From contig CAVTEU010000013.1 of assembly GCA_963733905.1 (NCBI GenBank), positions 157,389 through 221,388 of the forward strand: a stretch of 64,000 nucleotides of DNA, in the 5' to 3' direction. The notes beneath the pieces are model-generated. The model was given only the letters and a program-made list of their open reading frames with translations, did not search any database and had not been told where the DNA came from. The translations under genes and the position numbers were made by a program. The stretch's first letter is position 1; the number at the start of each line of letters is the position of its first letter. This DNA is from an uncultured Actinomycetes bacterium. GTDB taxonomy: Bacteria > Actinomycetota > Acidimicrobiia > Spongiisociales > DATADW01. Positions 11,914-22,324 of the stretch are shown in pieces.

Positions 11914-12732
11914 TCATAAGACCGGAATCGCCGCCGAGATGATCTTCCTGAAGTCGTCGTGGGAGCGGCGGGTGGTCTCGAGGACGCGGTCGAGGGCGAT
12001 GGGGGCGGCGATCCCGGCAGACATGGTGGAGACGAAGGTGAAGGCGACGATCGCCATCCCGGCGTGATACCCAGCCATCACCTCGGGGAGGAAGCTGTTC
12101 GATGACACCGAGCAACCGGCGGACTGCGCCAGTCTGATCTCGGCAGGGGTCTCGAAGCTGGGTCCCATCCAGTAGCCGGCCACTCCGGTTCCCAGCGGGA
12201 CCCCGGCGTCGGTGGAGGCGGCACATACCGCGGCGGTGCGCTCGGCGTCGTACAACTCGGCCATCGAAAGGTAGGGCGTCGGCCACCCGCCACCCTCGCG
12301 CTCTGTCGACAATGGGTTGAACCCGGAGAAGTTGATGTGGTCGCTGAAGGCGAGGAACTCGCCGGGACCGAGGTCGCCCCGCATCGATCCCGAGTTCGCC
12401 GAGTAGAGAAGGGCCCGGCACCCGGTCCGGGCAAGGGTGCGGGCAGGGATCCCCGCCTGCTCCCAGGTTGCGCCGTCGCAAGGGAGGACCTTTGCCTTGA
12501 CCGCCGCCACCACCCGGTCACCAAGCCGGCCGACCTCGACTTCGTTGACGTGGCCCGGGATCGCGCTCGGTCGAAAACCGGGCAATTCCTCGAAGGGGAT
12601 GGTCACCCTGTCGGCAAGGACATCGGTGCACGGGGCGAACCCTGTGCCACAGATCAGCCCTACATCCGGCCGGAAGCCCGCTCGCTCCACGATGACCCGG
12701 GCGGCGCGCTCGGCCGTCTCCAGGGTGTCCAT
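11914..12732 (-). CDS. purine nucleoside / MTA phosphorylase family protein
   Basis: GLICGTGFAP...IPFEELPGFRPSAIPGHVNEVEVGRL...LLYSANSGSMR...FSDHINFSGFNPL follows the PunA/MtnP-type layout. ATG at 12732, with an alternative upstream ATG at 12786. Confidence 0.6.
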   Translation of the reverse strand: MDTLETAERAARVIVERAGFRPDVGLICGTGFAPCTDVLADRVTIPFEELPGFRPSAIPGHVNEVEVGRLGDRVVAAVKAKVLPCDGATWEQAGIPARTLARTGCRALLYSANSGSMRGDLGPGEFLAFSDHINFSGFNPLSTEREGGGWPTPYLSMAELYDAERTAAVCAASTDAGVPLGTGVAGYWMGPSFETPAEIRLAQSAGCSVSSNSFLPEVMAGYHAGMAIVAFTFVSTMSAGIAAPIALDRVLETTRRSHDDFRKIISAAIPVL

Positions 12733-12784
12733 GAGGGACCGGAGTGTATCGTGGCCGCCTTCGTCGATCCGGGGAGTAGGGACC

Positions 12785-14537
12785 ATGCGCAGGATCGGTT
12801 GGGCGTTGGCGTTGATGCTGGTAGCGGCGGCATGCACCGGCTCGGGGACCGGCGAGACGACCGTTTCGGAGAGCACGGTCGCGACGCCGTCCGAGACCAC
12901 TACCGCAGCCACCGAGACCACTCCCGGGGCCTCCGAGACCACGGTCGGCGCCACGGAGACCACCGTGGCAGCCACGCCGACGACTGCCGCCGCAGGCGAG
13001 GCGCAACAGGGCGGCAGCCTCCAGTTGGTGGCACTCAACGACCTGGCCTCGCTCGACAACAGCCAGGCGGTGTCGACCATCGACTACGACATGACGGCCG
13101 GCGCCCTCTACGAGGGTCTGTACCACTTCAACTCGGCAGGCGAATTGGAGCCGGGGTTGGCCACCGGGCCCCCCGAGATCTCCGACGATGGGCTCGTCTA
13201 CACGTTCACCATCGAGGAAGGCGCCATGTTCGCCGGTCCCGACTTCGAGCCACGGGCGGTGACCGCCGACGACGTCGCCTACGGGATGATCCGGGCGCTC
13301 GACCCCAACACGGTTCCAGCTCAATCATGGGGCGCGGGCTACTTGTTCCCCATCGAGGGCGCAGAGGCCTTCGCCAACGGCGAGGCCGACGAGGTGTCGG
13401 GGATCGAGGTGATCGACGACCAGACGCTCCAGGTGACGCTCGCCGCCCCAACCACCACGTTCATTTTCGGTCTCACCATTGCCACCAGCTGGCCGGTGCC
13501 CCAGGAGGCGGTCGAGGATCGGGGCGAGGACTTTGCCAGCAGTCCGGTGGGAGCCGGCCCCTTCTACCTCCAGGAATGGAACCGGGGCTCGGACGTCACC
13601 ATCGTGCGCAACCCCGGGTTACGTCGACCCCGATCTCCCCTACCTGGACGAGATCCGGATCGACCTGGGGGTGGACGAGAACACCCAGGTTCTCCGTCTC
13701 GAGAACGGTGAGGCGGACGGCGTGTTCGAGCAGTTCTCGCTGTCGCCCCAGGCCATCAGGCAGCTCGAGCAGAGCGACGCCATCACCATCTCCGAGTCGG
13801 TCGGACCGCGCATCTTCTATCTGGCGCTCAACAACGACGGCATATTCGGCTCCAAGGAACTGCGGATGGCGGTGGCGCATGCGCTCAACAAGGACTTCAT
13901 CGCCCAGTTCGGCGACCTGGCCCAGCCATGGAACCAGCTGATGTCATCGACCACCGCCCAGTCCGATCCGGAGGGGACGACGGTGTACGAGCACGACCCG
14001 GCGGAGGCTGCCCGTCTGGTGGAGGAGTCCGACTACGACGGGACTCCGGTCAAGATCGTCTACGACGTCTCCGACCCGTATACCTCGGCCAACTCGACGT
14101 CGCTGGCGCAGGACCTCGAGGCGGCAGGCTTCACGGTGGACCTCCAGGGGTTGCAGCAGACCGAGTTCTTCACCGCTATCTACGACCCGGCGCTTTACGA
14201 CATCTCGTCGACCTACTGGAGCGCCGACTACCCCGACGCCCAGGACTACATCTCGACCAACTTCATCTGCGGCACCATCGACATCCTCAACATTTCCCGC
14301 TTCTGCGACGAGTCGATCGACGAGGATTTCTTCGCCACAGAATCGATGGAGTTCGGCCCGGAGCGTGATGCCGCCCTGCTCGACGTGCAGCAGCGGCTCA
14401 TCGACGAGGTCGCCGGGGTCCCGGTGATGGAGGTGACGCCCCGGGTGCTCCAGGGTGCGGGGGTTGGCGAGATCCCCACGTTGGCCACCTATGCACCTTT
14501 CGACTGGAAGCGTGCCTGGGTCCAAGCCGAAGGCTGA
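12785..14537 (+). CDS. ABC transporter substrate-binding lipoprotein (peptide/nickel family 5), frameshift near 13618
   Basis: MRRIGWALALMLVAAAC lipobox, a Thr/Glu-rich linker, then SBP_bac_5-like sequence split between frames 12437..13711 and 13479..14537. Confidence 0.8.
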
Positions 14538-15498
14538 GCCGGCGCCGCTCCTCGAGATCGATGGGCTAAGGGTCGCCACCTCGTCGGGCGAGGTTCTCAG
14601 GGGGGTGGACCTCGCCCTCAATGGGGGTGAGATAGTCGGGGTCGTCGGGGAATCAGGATCCGGGAAGACGACCCTCGGGTTGGCAGTCATGGGGCTGCTC
14701 GGGTCGGGCCGGCAGGTGGTTGGGGGTGAGATCCGGTTCGATGGTGAAGTCGTGGTCGCCCCCGGGGTGGACCGCACCGAGCCCCTCCGCGGGACCCGCA
14801 TCGGTTACGTGCCCCAGGACCCGTTCACCTCCTTTGACCCTTTGCAGCGTGTGGGGGCCCAGATCGGCCGGAGCCTGCAACTCCACCGTGGGATGACCCG
14901 GGCTGAGGCGACGGCGCGGGCGGTGGAGATGCTGGGTGCGCTTGGCATCCGCCGCCCCGACGAGGTCGCAGCCGGTTACCCCCACCAGCTATCCGGGGGG
15001 ATGCTGCAACGGGCGGTGGTGGTGGCCGCGGTCCTCACCGAGCCCGAGCTGCTCATCGCCGACGAGCCGACCACCGCGCTCGACACGATCGTACGGGTCC
15101 GGGTGGCGGCGGAGCTGGTCAGGCTCGTCCGCCAGTTGGGGATTGCCATGGTGGTGGTCACCCACGAACTGGCTCTGCTGCGACGCGCCGCCGACCGGAT
15201 GGCGGTCATGTACGCGGGGAGCGTCGTCGAGTTCGGGCCGATCGGGTCGCTGCTCGATCAGCCACACCACCATTATCTGGCGGGACTGCTTCGAGCGAGC
15301 ACGACGCTCCACGGGCCGTTGGGGCGACTGACCGCTATCGAGGGCCACCCCCCAGCCCTCCCCGGGCCGCTGCTCCCCTGCGCGTTCGCGCCACGATGCC
15401 CGCGGGCAGACCACGTCTGTCTGGAGGAGCGTCCCGGCTATGTCTGGCCGGCTGAGGAGGGGTATGCCTGCCACCACCCGCTGGGCGAGGCATCGTGA
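14512..15498 (+). CDS. ABC transporter ATP-binding protein (Opp/DppD-like)
   Basis: Walker [10 protein letters not shown], signature LSGGMLQR, Walker B LLIADEPTTALD. The start is uncertain (GTG 14512, ATG 14491 or track start 14455). Confidence 0.85.
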   Translation: MPGSKPKAEPAPLLEIDGLRVATSSGEVLRGVDLALNGGEIVGVVGESGSGKTTLGLAVMGLLGSGRQVVGGEIRFDGEVVVAPGVDRTEPLRGTRIGYVPQDPFTSFDPLQRVGAQIGRSLQLHRGMTRAEATARAVEMLGALGIRRPDEVAAGYPHQLSGGMLQRAVVVAAVLTEPELLIADEPTTALDTIVRVRVAAELVRLVRQLGIAMVVVTHELALLRRAADRMAVMYAGSVVEFGPIGSLLDQPHHHYLAGLLRASTTLHGPLGRLTAIEGHPPALPGPLLPCAFAPRCPRADHVCLEERPGYVWPAEEGYACHHPLGEAS

Positions 15499-16343
15499 TC
15501 CCGCAGCCGCTCTCCCTCGACAGGCCCTCTCGTCGCCCCGCCCTGGTGGCGGGGTGCCTCATCGTCGGTCTGGTGGCCGTGGTGACGATCGCGGCGCCGC
15601 TGCTCACCCCCTACGACCCGACCTTCGAGACCATCGAGGGCCTCGCCCCCGACGGAGGGCCGTTGGATGCCGGGGCACCCGGCCACATCCTCGGCACCGA
15701 CCCAAAGGGCCGCGACCTCTTCTCACGCATCATCTATGGGGGCCGGGTCACCTTCGTGGCCGCACTGGCCGCGGTGGGAATCGCCACAGTTGTTGGTCTC
15801 GCCATAGGTCTTACCGCGTCGGCTGCGCCCAACAGGTTCGGCGGAGCGCTGATGCGGGTGACAGACATCGGGCTGGCCATACCTGGGCTGCTGCTCGCCG
15901 CGGCGATCGCCGCTGTGCTCGGTCGGGGACTGGTCTCGCTGATCGTGGGACTGGCCGGCGTGTTCTGGGCCCCACTGGCGCGGGTCACATATGGCCAGGC
16001 GGTCGTCACCCGGAACCTCCCCTTCATCGACGCCTCCAAGGTTCTCGGTGCAACGCCGCGATTCACCCTGGTTCGCCACGTGCTGCCTCACGTTCTCCCG
16101 GTGGTGGCCGCCTACGCCGCCCTTTCGGTGGGGTGGGCGGTCCTCTTCGAGAGCTCGCTCGGGTTCTTGGGAGCCGGGGTACAGGAGCCCACGCCGAGCA
16201 TCGGCAACCTCCTCGGCTGCTGCCTGGTCTACTACCGGGACCACCCCGGGCTGATCCTGTTCCCGGCGATCTACCTGGGGTTGATGGTCGCCGGAGCCAA
16301 CCTGCTCGGTGAGGCGCTCCGCCTCCCACCCGAGGCAGATTGA
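15495..16343 (+). CDS. ABC transporter permease (DppC/OppC-like)
   Basis: Multi-TM protein with an N-terminal PLLTPYDP motif; its start overlaps the upstream gene's stop at 15495-15498. Confidence 0.8.
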   Translation: MIPQPLSLDRPSRRPALVAGCLIVGLVAVVTIAAPLLTPYDPTFETIEGLAPDGGPLDAGAPGHILGTDPKGRDLFSRIIYGGRVTFVAALAAVGIATVVGLAIGLTASAAPNRFGGALMRVTDIGLAIPGLLLAAAIAAVLGRGLVSLIVGLAGVFWAPLARVTYGQAVVTRNLPFIDASKVLGATPRFTLVRHVLPHVLPVVAAYAALSVGWAVLFESSLGFLGAGVQEPTPSIGNLLGCCLVYYRDHPGLILFPAIYLGLMVAGANLLGEALRLPPEAD

Positions 16344-17266
16344 TGGGAAGGTATCTGCTCCGCAGGCTGGGATCGACCCTGATCACACTGGCGCTGATCA
16401 TCACGGCCGGTTTCCTATTGGTCGAGTTGATCCCCGGAGACCCGGCACCGAGCCTGGCCGGCCCGGGTGCATCCGAGCAGACGCTGGACCAGATCCGCCA
16501 GGCCTATGAGTTCGACCAGCCCTTCCTGACCCGGTTCACCACCACCTTCACCCGGCTCGCCCAGGGTGATCTGGGGTTCAGCTTCTCCCGCGGCGAGCCG
16601 GTGACCGAGGTACTAGTCCGGTCGCTGCCGCCCACGCTGCTGTTGACCACGCTCGCCTTTCTGGTGGAGGTCGCCATCGGCATCCCGCTCGCCTTGTGGG
16701 TGATCAGCAGGCGGGGCCGTTGGGCCGACCGGATGCTGGTTGCGGCTGCCGGTGCGACCAGCGCGATCCCCGCCTTCCTCGTCGGGCTGATCTTCATCTA
16801 TCTGTTCGCCTTCGTCCTCGGATGGTTCCCCCTCGGCGGGGGCGGTTCCATCTCCGGGTACGTCCTCCCGGTGTTTGCGGTTGGGATCCCATTCGGTCTG
16901 GTGCTCGCCAGACTGCTTCGCAACACCTTGCTGCAGGAGGCCGACGAGGCCTATGTCGTCTTCGCCGCCGGCAGGGGCGAGCGCCGCCGGTCGATCAGGG
17001 TGCGCCACCTGCTGCCAAACGCCTTGCTCCCCCTCTTCTCGGTGCTGGCGCTCGACTTCGCCGGCCTCTTCTCCAGCGTGGCCGTGGTCGAGGCGGTGTT
17101 CTCGATGCCTGGACTCGGTGCCGACCTCCTCACCTCGCTTCGCCGACTCGACACCGCCCTCATCATCGGCATCGGGCTCGCCAGCGGACTGGTCGTCGCC
17201 GTGGTCAATCTCATCGCCGACGTTGCCGTGGTCGTGGTGGATCCCCGAGCCCGGGAGCGGGTGTAG
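16340..17266 (+). CDS. ABC transporter permease (DppB/OppB-like)
   Basis: MGRYLLRRLGSTLITLALIITAGFLLVELIPGDP is a typical N-terminus. ATGA overlap with the upstream gene. Confidence 0.8.
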   Translation: MMGRYLLRRLGSTLITLALIITAGFLLVELIPGDPAPSLAGPGASEQTLDQIRQAYEFDQPFLTRFTTTFTRLAQGDLGFSFSRGEPVTEVLVRSLPPTLLLTTLAFLVEVAIGIPLALWVISRRGRWADRMLVAAAGATSAIPAFLVGLIFIYLFAFVLGWFPLGGGGSISGYVLPVFAVGIPFGLVLARLLRNTLLQEADEAYVVFAAGRGERRRSIRVRHLLPNALLPLFSVLALDFAGLFSSVAVVEAVFSMPGLGADLLTSLRRLDTALIIGIGLASGLVVAVVNLIADVAVVVVDPRARERV

Positions 17267-17346
17267 GAGCGGATCGGAAGATGGCTACCCGGTCAGTCGG
17301 AGGCGCGAGCAAAGCGAGCGGAGGGGTGATTCGTCTGGCTGCCCTC

Positions 17347-17369
17347 CTGCCGTCTGCCGTCTGCCGTCT
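17347..17369. repeat. heptamer tandem repeat (CTGCCGT) x3.3
   Basis: ctgccgt ctgccgt ctgccgt ct, at the convergent junction and overlapping the stop of the 17368..18313 gene. Confidence 0.7.
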
Positions 17370-18313
17370 ACCCCGGAAAGAAGCACGCCACCGGGTGACC
17401 TTGGCCGCGCTCGACCAGCGCCGGGCGCTCGGTGGCACAGATGTCGGCGGCGCGTGGGGCACCGGTCCCGGTACAGGCAGGCGTCGTCGTTGGGAAGCTC
17501 CCCCTCCTCGACGCCGGGGACCGCAGGCTCCGCCGATTCGAGTGGATCGATGGCGGCAGCCGCAGCCAGCAGCGCTTCGGTGTAGGGGTGCGCCGGGTGG
17601 TCGAAGATCTGGTCACGTGTTCCGGTCTCGACCACCCTCCCCCGGTGCATCACCGAGACCCGGTTGGCGACGTGGCGGACCATCGCCAGGTCGTGGGCGA
17701 CGAGCACATAGCTCAACCCCAACTCCTCCTGGAGATCGAGGAGGAGGTTGAGTATCTGGGCCTGGACCGATAGGTCGAGCGAGGAGACCGGCTCGTCGCA
17801 CACGATCAGTGACGGCTCCAGCGCCAGGGCACGGGCGATCCCGATCCGCTGCCGCTGGCCCCCGGAGAACTTCGCCGGGAGCCGCCCCCCCAGCGCCGGG
17901 TCGACCCCCACCTTCGCCAGCAACTCCTCGGCCCGTGCCCGGCGGTCCTCGGGTCGGTGGACACGGTGGACGTCCCACGGCTCGGCGACGCTCCGCCACA
18001 CCGGTTGTCGGGGATCGAGCGACGAGTAGGGATCCTGGAAGATCATCTGGAGGTGGCGCCGCGCCCGGCGCATCTCGCCGGTCGCCAACGAGTTCAGGTC
18101 TTGGCCGCGGAACCTGGTGGACCCTGCATCGGGCTCGAGCAGCCGAACCAGAAGCCTCCCAGTGGTGGTCTTCCCCGACCCGGACTCACCCACAAGAGCG
18201 TGGGTCTCCGCCTCCCCGACCACGAGATCCACTTCGTCCACCGCGAGCACCGACGTGCCGTTCGGCCCCGGGAACCGCTTCACCAACCCGGTCGCTTCGA
18301 GCAGCGCGCCCAT
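17368..18313 (-). CDS. ABC transporter ATP-binding protein (Opp/DppF-like), frameshift near 17455
   Basis: [14 protein letters not shown]..., Walker [10 protein letters not shown], signature FSGGQRQR, Walker [13 protein letters not shown]. The C-terminal [28 protein letters not shown] is in frame 17368..17616. Confidence 0.85.
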
Positions 18314-18438
18314 CCCTGCAGGATGGCAGAGACAGTCAGACCCCGCCCTCGCCTGGTGCGATCCCTGTTGAAGGGAGGGGGTTGGGCGGAGGGTGATCGC
18401 CCCACAGGGCACAGTCACCTCCTACGTCGCTTTGCTCG

Positions 18439-18458
18439 CGCCCGCCCTCACGCGGGCG
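18439..18458 (-). terminator. hairpin downstream of the last gene of the glycan locus
   Basis: CGCCCGC-cctcac-GCGGGCG, a 7-bp stem. Confidence 0.3.
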
Positions 18459-18544
18459 AGGAGACATGGTCAGCCCGACCGCTCTGCAACGGCCACCTGG
18501 CTGTGGCTCCCCCCGGGCGAAGTAGACGCAGGCCGCTAGCCCCT

Positions 18545-19567
18545 TCAGATCAAGCGCAGCTTGTCGTCGATCACGCCCCGCTGCTTGAGGCCGTTGATGG
18601 TCTTCAAGCGGTAGTAGCGCGGGCCATTCCAGGTCGCCTCGTCGAGCTTGGCGGCCTTGTAGGCGTTGTAGAGCTCCTCGATCCCGGCCTTGAGCGTCCA
18701 CGTGGGCTTGTAGCCGGGGAGCTGGCGCGCGATCTTCGAGAAGTCGACGCGGTAGTCGCGCGTGTCGCCCGACGCGCCAGGCGCGAACGTCACCTCGGAG
18801 CCGGGGACGGTGCCCGCGACGAGCTCGGCGACCTGCGGATGCGGTAGTTCTCGTCGTTGCTCTTGCCGACGTTGAAGGCCTGGTTGTGGATGGCCTCGAC
18901 GGGCGCCTCGAGGCAGCACTCGAAGGCGTGGATGATGTCGCCGATGTGCACGAGCGGGCGCCAGGGCGTGCCGTCGCTCTGCAGGAGGACCTTGCCGGTC
19001 GTCACGGCGTGACCCACGAGGTTGTTGACGACGATGTCGGCGCGCAGGCGGCGCGAGACGCCGTAGGCCGTCGCGTTGCGCAGGTACACGGGCGCGAACT
19101 TGTCGTCGGCGATCTTCGACACCTCCTGCTCGACGCGCACCTTCGATTCGCCGTAGGCCGTCACGGGGTTGAAGGCCGCCGTCTCGTCGAGGAAGCCGTC
19201 GCCGCCCGCGCCGTAGAGGCTGCACGACGACGAGAACAGGTACCGCTTCACGCCCGCCGCCTTGGCTGCCTGCGCGAGCCTCACGGAGGCGTGCAGGTTG
19301 ATGTCGTAGGTCAGCTCCTTGTCGAGGTCGCCGAGCGGATCGTTCGACAGCGCGCCCAGGTGGATCACGGCGTCGAAGCCCTTGAGGTGCTCGGCCGTGA
19401 CGTCGCGCAGGTCGACGCGCAGCGTGGCGTCTCGTCGGGCGGGCTGACGAAGTCGCACTCGTCGTAGTAGCCCGTGTCGAGGCCGACGACCTCGTGCCCC
19501 GCCTGCGCAGCACGGGGACCATCTCGACGCCGATGTAACCGCGGTGTCCGGTGACCAATACCTTCAT
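18545..19567 (-). pseudogene. NAD-dependent epimerase/dehydratase (SDR), readable only with at least 3 frame changes
   Basis: MKVLVTGHRGYIGVEMVP..AGHEVVGLDTGYY..DAVIHLGALSNDP...YGESKVRVEQ...PLVHIGDIIHAF...RDYRVDFSKIARQLPGYKPTW is spread over three frames. Confidence 0.7.
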
Positions 19568-19611
19568 GGCTGTTCTTTCTCTCTTCGCTCCGCGGTTGGG
19601 CGGGCTTGCCA

Positions 19612-20926
19612 TCAGGCCGTGGGCGTTTTGAAATATTCGTATTGCTCGGCGCGCAGCTGGTCGGCGAGCCGGCCCGGCGGCAGCTCGACGTCGTCGTAGG
19701 TGATGACCGCGTCCTTGGCGATGTCGCGCTTGAGCTTGCAGCCCTCGACCAGGCCCTCGGGCAGGTAGCTTCTCGCGCCGCATCTCGTCGGCGTTCACGG
19801 CCTCGCCGTAGGTCATGTAGCTGCCGTACTCGTCGAGGGTCTCGCCGGCCTTGAGGTCGCGCTTGGCGCACCGCGCAGACCTCGACGAGCGGGCCGCCGA
19901 GCGGGCTACGTCGGCGTCGCCGAACAGCACGACGCGCGCCACGGTGTTCGGGCACCTCGAAGTGGCAGAGGTGATAGGGCGTGTAGAAGCTGTAGAGCGG
20001 GCCCTCGCCCAGCTTGTAGAGGTTGAGGTAGTGCCGCTGCTTGGGGTCGGCGTGCTCGGCGATGCAGTAGACGCCGGGGTTCGGCTGCGCGCCGACGACG
20101 TAGTCGACGATGCCGCCGAGCTCGCGCAGCTCGTCGACGTCGTAGACTTCGTCGCAGCTCGTCGACGTGCGCCGTCGTGCTCGAAGCCGCGCGACATGCC
20201 GCGCTGACTGCACCTGCAGCCCGTCGCGTTGGCGACGATCGCCTGCTCGAAGCTGATCTTCGAGCCGTCGGCGAAGCGACGTCACCATCGACGGGTTCTG
20301 GCCCCACTTCTCGGCGAAGCCCTTCTGCGTCGTCGGGTTGCGGTACGGGTCCTGCAGGCCCTTGATGTTGCCCATGACGCGCGGGATCAGGCCGAGGCCC
20401 TTGACGAAGCGGTAAGGTTGATCTCGACGCCGGGCTGGTCGCCGTCGCAGGCGGACAGGATCACGCCGTGCTCGCTTGGCGTACACCTGCAGGATCGGGC
20501 CGAGCGTCGCGTCGAGCTCGGCGTTCATGAGCACGACGTGCTTGCCGTGCTTGAAGGCCTCGAGCGACGACTGCGCGCCGAACTCGACGGCGCCGGTGAC
20601 GTCGACGAGGCACGTCGATCTGCTCCGAGCGCGGCAGAGCAGCATCGGGTCCTCGGTCACGACGGGCTTGCCGGCGCGGATCGCGTCCTCGAGGTCGTCC
20701 TGGCGTCGTCGCGACCCGGCGCTCGCCGAGCCCGGCGTAGGCGATAGACGTCGAGCGCCTTGCTCGAGCGTGCCGGTTGTAGATCGCGACCAGCCGCATG
20801 CCCGGGACGCGAGTTGACGATCTGGTTGGCGAGGCCGCGGCCCATGAAGCCGGCGCCGATCATGCCGACGCGGATCGGCTTGCCCTGCGCCTCGCGCGCC
20901 TGCAGTGCGTTGTCGACGATGATCAT
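19612..20926 (-). pseudogene. NAD-binding oxidoreductase with C-terminal SAF-like region (homoserine-dehydrogenase-like), heavily frameshifted
   Basis: MIIVDNALQAREAQGKPIRVGMIGAGFMGRGLANQIV, MRLVAIYNR, DDLEDAIRAGKPVVTEDPMLL, VDVTGAVEFGAQSSLEAFKHGKHVVLMNAELDATLGPIL, GLIPRVMGNIKGLQDPYRNPTTQKGFAEKWGQNPSMVTS, GGIVDYVVGAQPNPGVYCIAEH, GPLYSFYTPYHLCHFEVP and LKAGETLDEYGSYMTYGEAV occur in alternating frames (at least 6 shifts). Confidence 0.6.
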
Positions 20927-21522
20927 CGGAGCCTCCCTCTTGCGCCTGCACGCTCGCGGTCATGCGCTGCGTCGAGCTCCCGCTCGGCACGTCGTCGAGC
21001 AGCGCGCCAGTTCGCGTCCTTGTCGGAGATGACCGTGACCGGCGAGCGGCCACGAGAGCCGAGGCGCGGATCGTCGTAGCGCAAGCCGCCGCTCGGCGCC
21101 GGCGTGTAGAACTCGCCCACCTGGTAGCTCGTCTCGGTGTTGTCGCTCGAGCACCTGGTAGCCGTGGGCGAAGCGCTCGCGGCACGTAGAGTCGCGCGGC
21201 GGTTGTCCGCGGTGAGCTCGACCGCGACGTGCTCGAGGTAGGTGGGCGACTCGGGGCGCAGGTCGACGATGACGTCGAGGATCGCGCCGCGGGTGCAGCG
21301 CACGAGCTTCGTCTCGGCGGCGGGCGGGAACTGGAAGTGCATGCCGCGCACCGTGCCCTTGAGCTGTTGAACGCGATGTTGGCCTGCGCGATGACCGGCT
21401 TCAAGCCCGTGGTCGCCGAACTCGTGCTGGCAGAAGGCGCGGGCGAAGAACCCGCGGTCGTCCTCGCGCCGCTCGAGGTCGAGGATGAAGGCGCCCTTGA
21501 GCTTGGTCTCCGTGAAAATCAT
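20923..21522 (-). pseudogene. sugar-nucleotide 3,5-epimerase (RmlC/cupin family), heavily frameshifted
   Basis: MIFTETKLKGAFILDLERREDDRGFFARAF, KPVIAQANIAFNS, GTVRGMHFQFPPAAETKLVRCTRGAILDVIVDLR, LYVPR, DNTETSYQVGEFYTPAPSGGLRYDDPRLG, LSWPL and PVTVISDKDANW occur in different frames. Confidence 0.65.
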
Positions 21523-21664
21523 GGAACGGAACCCTCCGGTTTTTTCACGGTTTTAGATGATCCACTTGTGGCCGACCACGGGATCGTGGACGGTCACCTC
21601 CGCCCGGCTCCCACCAAACGTCGGAGGACCGGAAAGGCCGGCGACTCCCGGGTCGAGGCCAGGG

Positions 21665-22317
21665 TCACAGCAACACCATCTTCATGCAGTGGAAGGCTTC
21701 TGCCATCCCGGAGGGGCGCGGCTTTCGATGCCACGCAACCGAAGCAGCGCCCTGAAGGTCTCCTCGGTGAACCACTCACGCCGCTTCTGGCTGGGGAACC
21801 CGTCGATGATCCCCGCCAACTTCCCCTCGGCATGCCGCTCCTCGAGATGGACATACACAGAAGGCCGGCCGAGGTCGCCGTCGAACTTGGGGATCTCGTA
21901 CTCGAGCACCAACTGGTCGCGGAAGGTGTTGCCAACAAGTTCCGAGACGGTGCGATGGTCCTGGTGGGCGTCGCCACGCCAGGGGCACAGCACCAGATCG
22001 GGCTCGATCTCCCGGCCGAGTTCGTCGAACCACTCCTTCAGCTCCGGCTGGTGGGGGAAGTAGCGCTCGCGGAAGTTCTCCACCCGGACCCGGGTGACAC
22101 CGGCACCTGCCAGAAACCGCTCGGCGCTGGCCGTCGCCTCGTCGGACCGTTCGCCGGGGGCGGTGAGGACCACCCAGTCGACCTCGATGCCGGGGCACGA
22201 CTCGACGAGTTGCAGCACCGTTCCACCGCACCCGATCTCGATGTCGTCACTGTGAGCTCCAAGACAGAGCACCCGCCGGATCTGGGCGCCGAGCGGCGCC
22301 GCCCCAACCTTCAACAC
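21665..22317 (-). CDS. PIG-L/LmbE family deacetylase, C-terminal frameshift near 21705
   Basis: VLCLGAHSDDIEIGCGGT...HQDHR. The track ORF ends ...PPGWQKPSTA, but the shifted frame gives the family-typical AEAFHCMKMVLL stop at 21665. Confidence 0.75.
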
Positions 22318-22324
22318 CTGGAGC

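Noticed and set aside
12850-13000. Repetitive ACCGAGACCAC units in the SBP gene.
   Set aside because: They encode a Thr/Glu/Ala-rich low-complexity linker after the lipobox (…ETTTAATETTPGASETTVGATETT…), not an independent repeat element.
17285-18418. The second ABC ATPase on the opposite strand as evidence of a rearrangement or separate system.
   Set aside because: The convergent placement is unusual but the gene is a normal DppF/OppF-type partner. There are no flanking repeats or mobile-element signs beyond a heptamer repeat.
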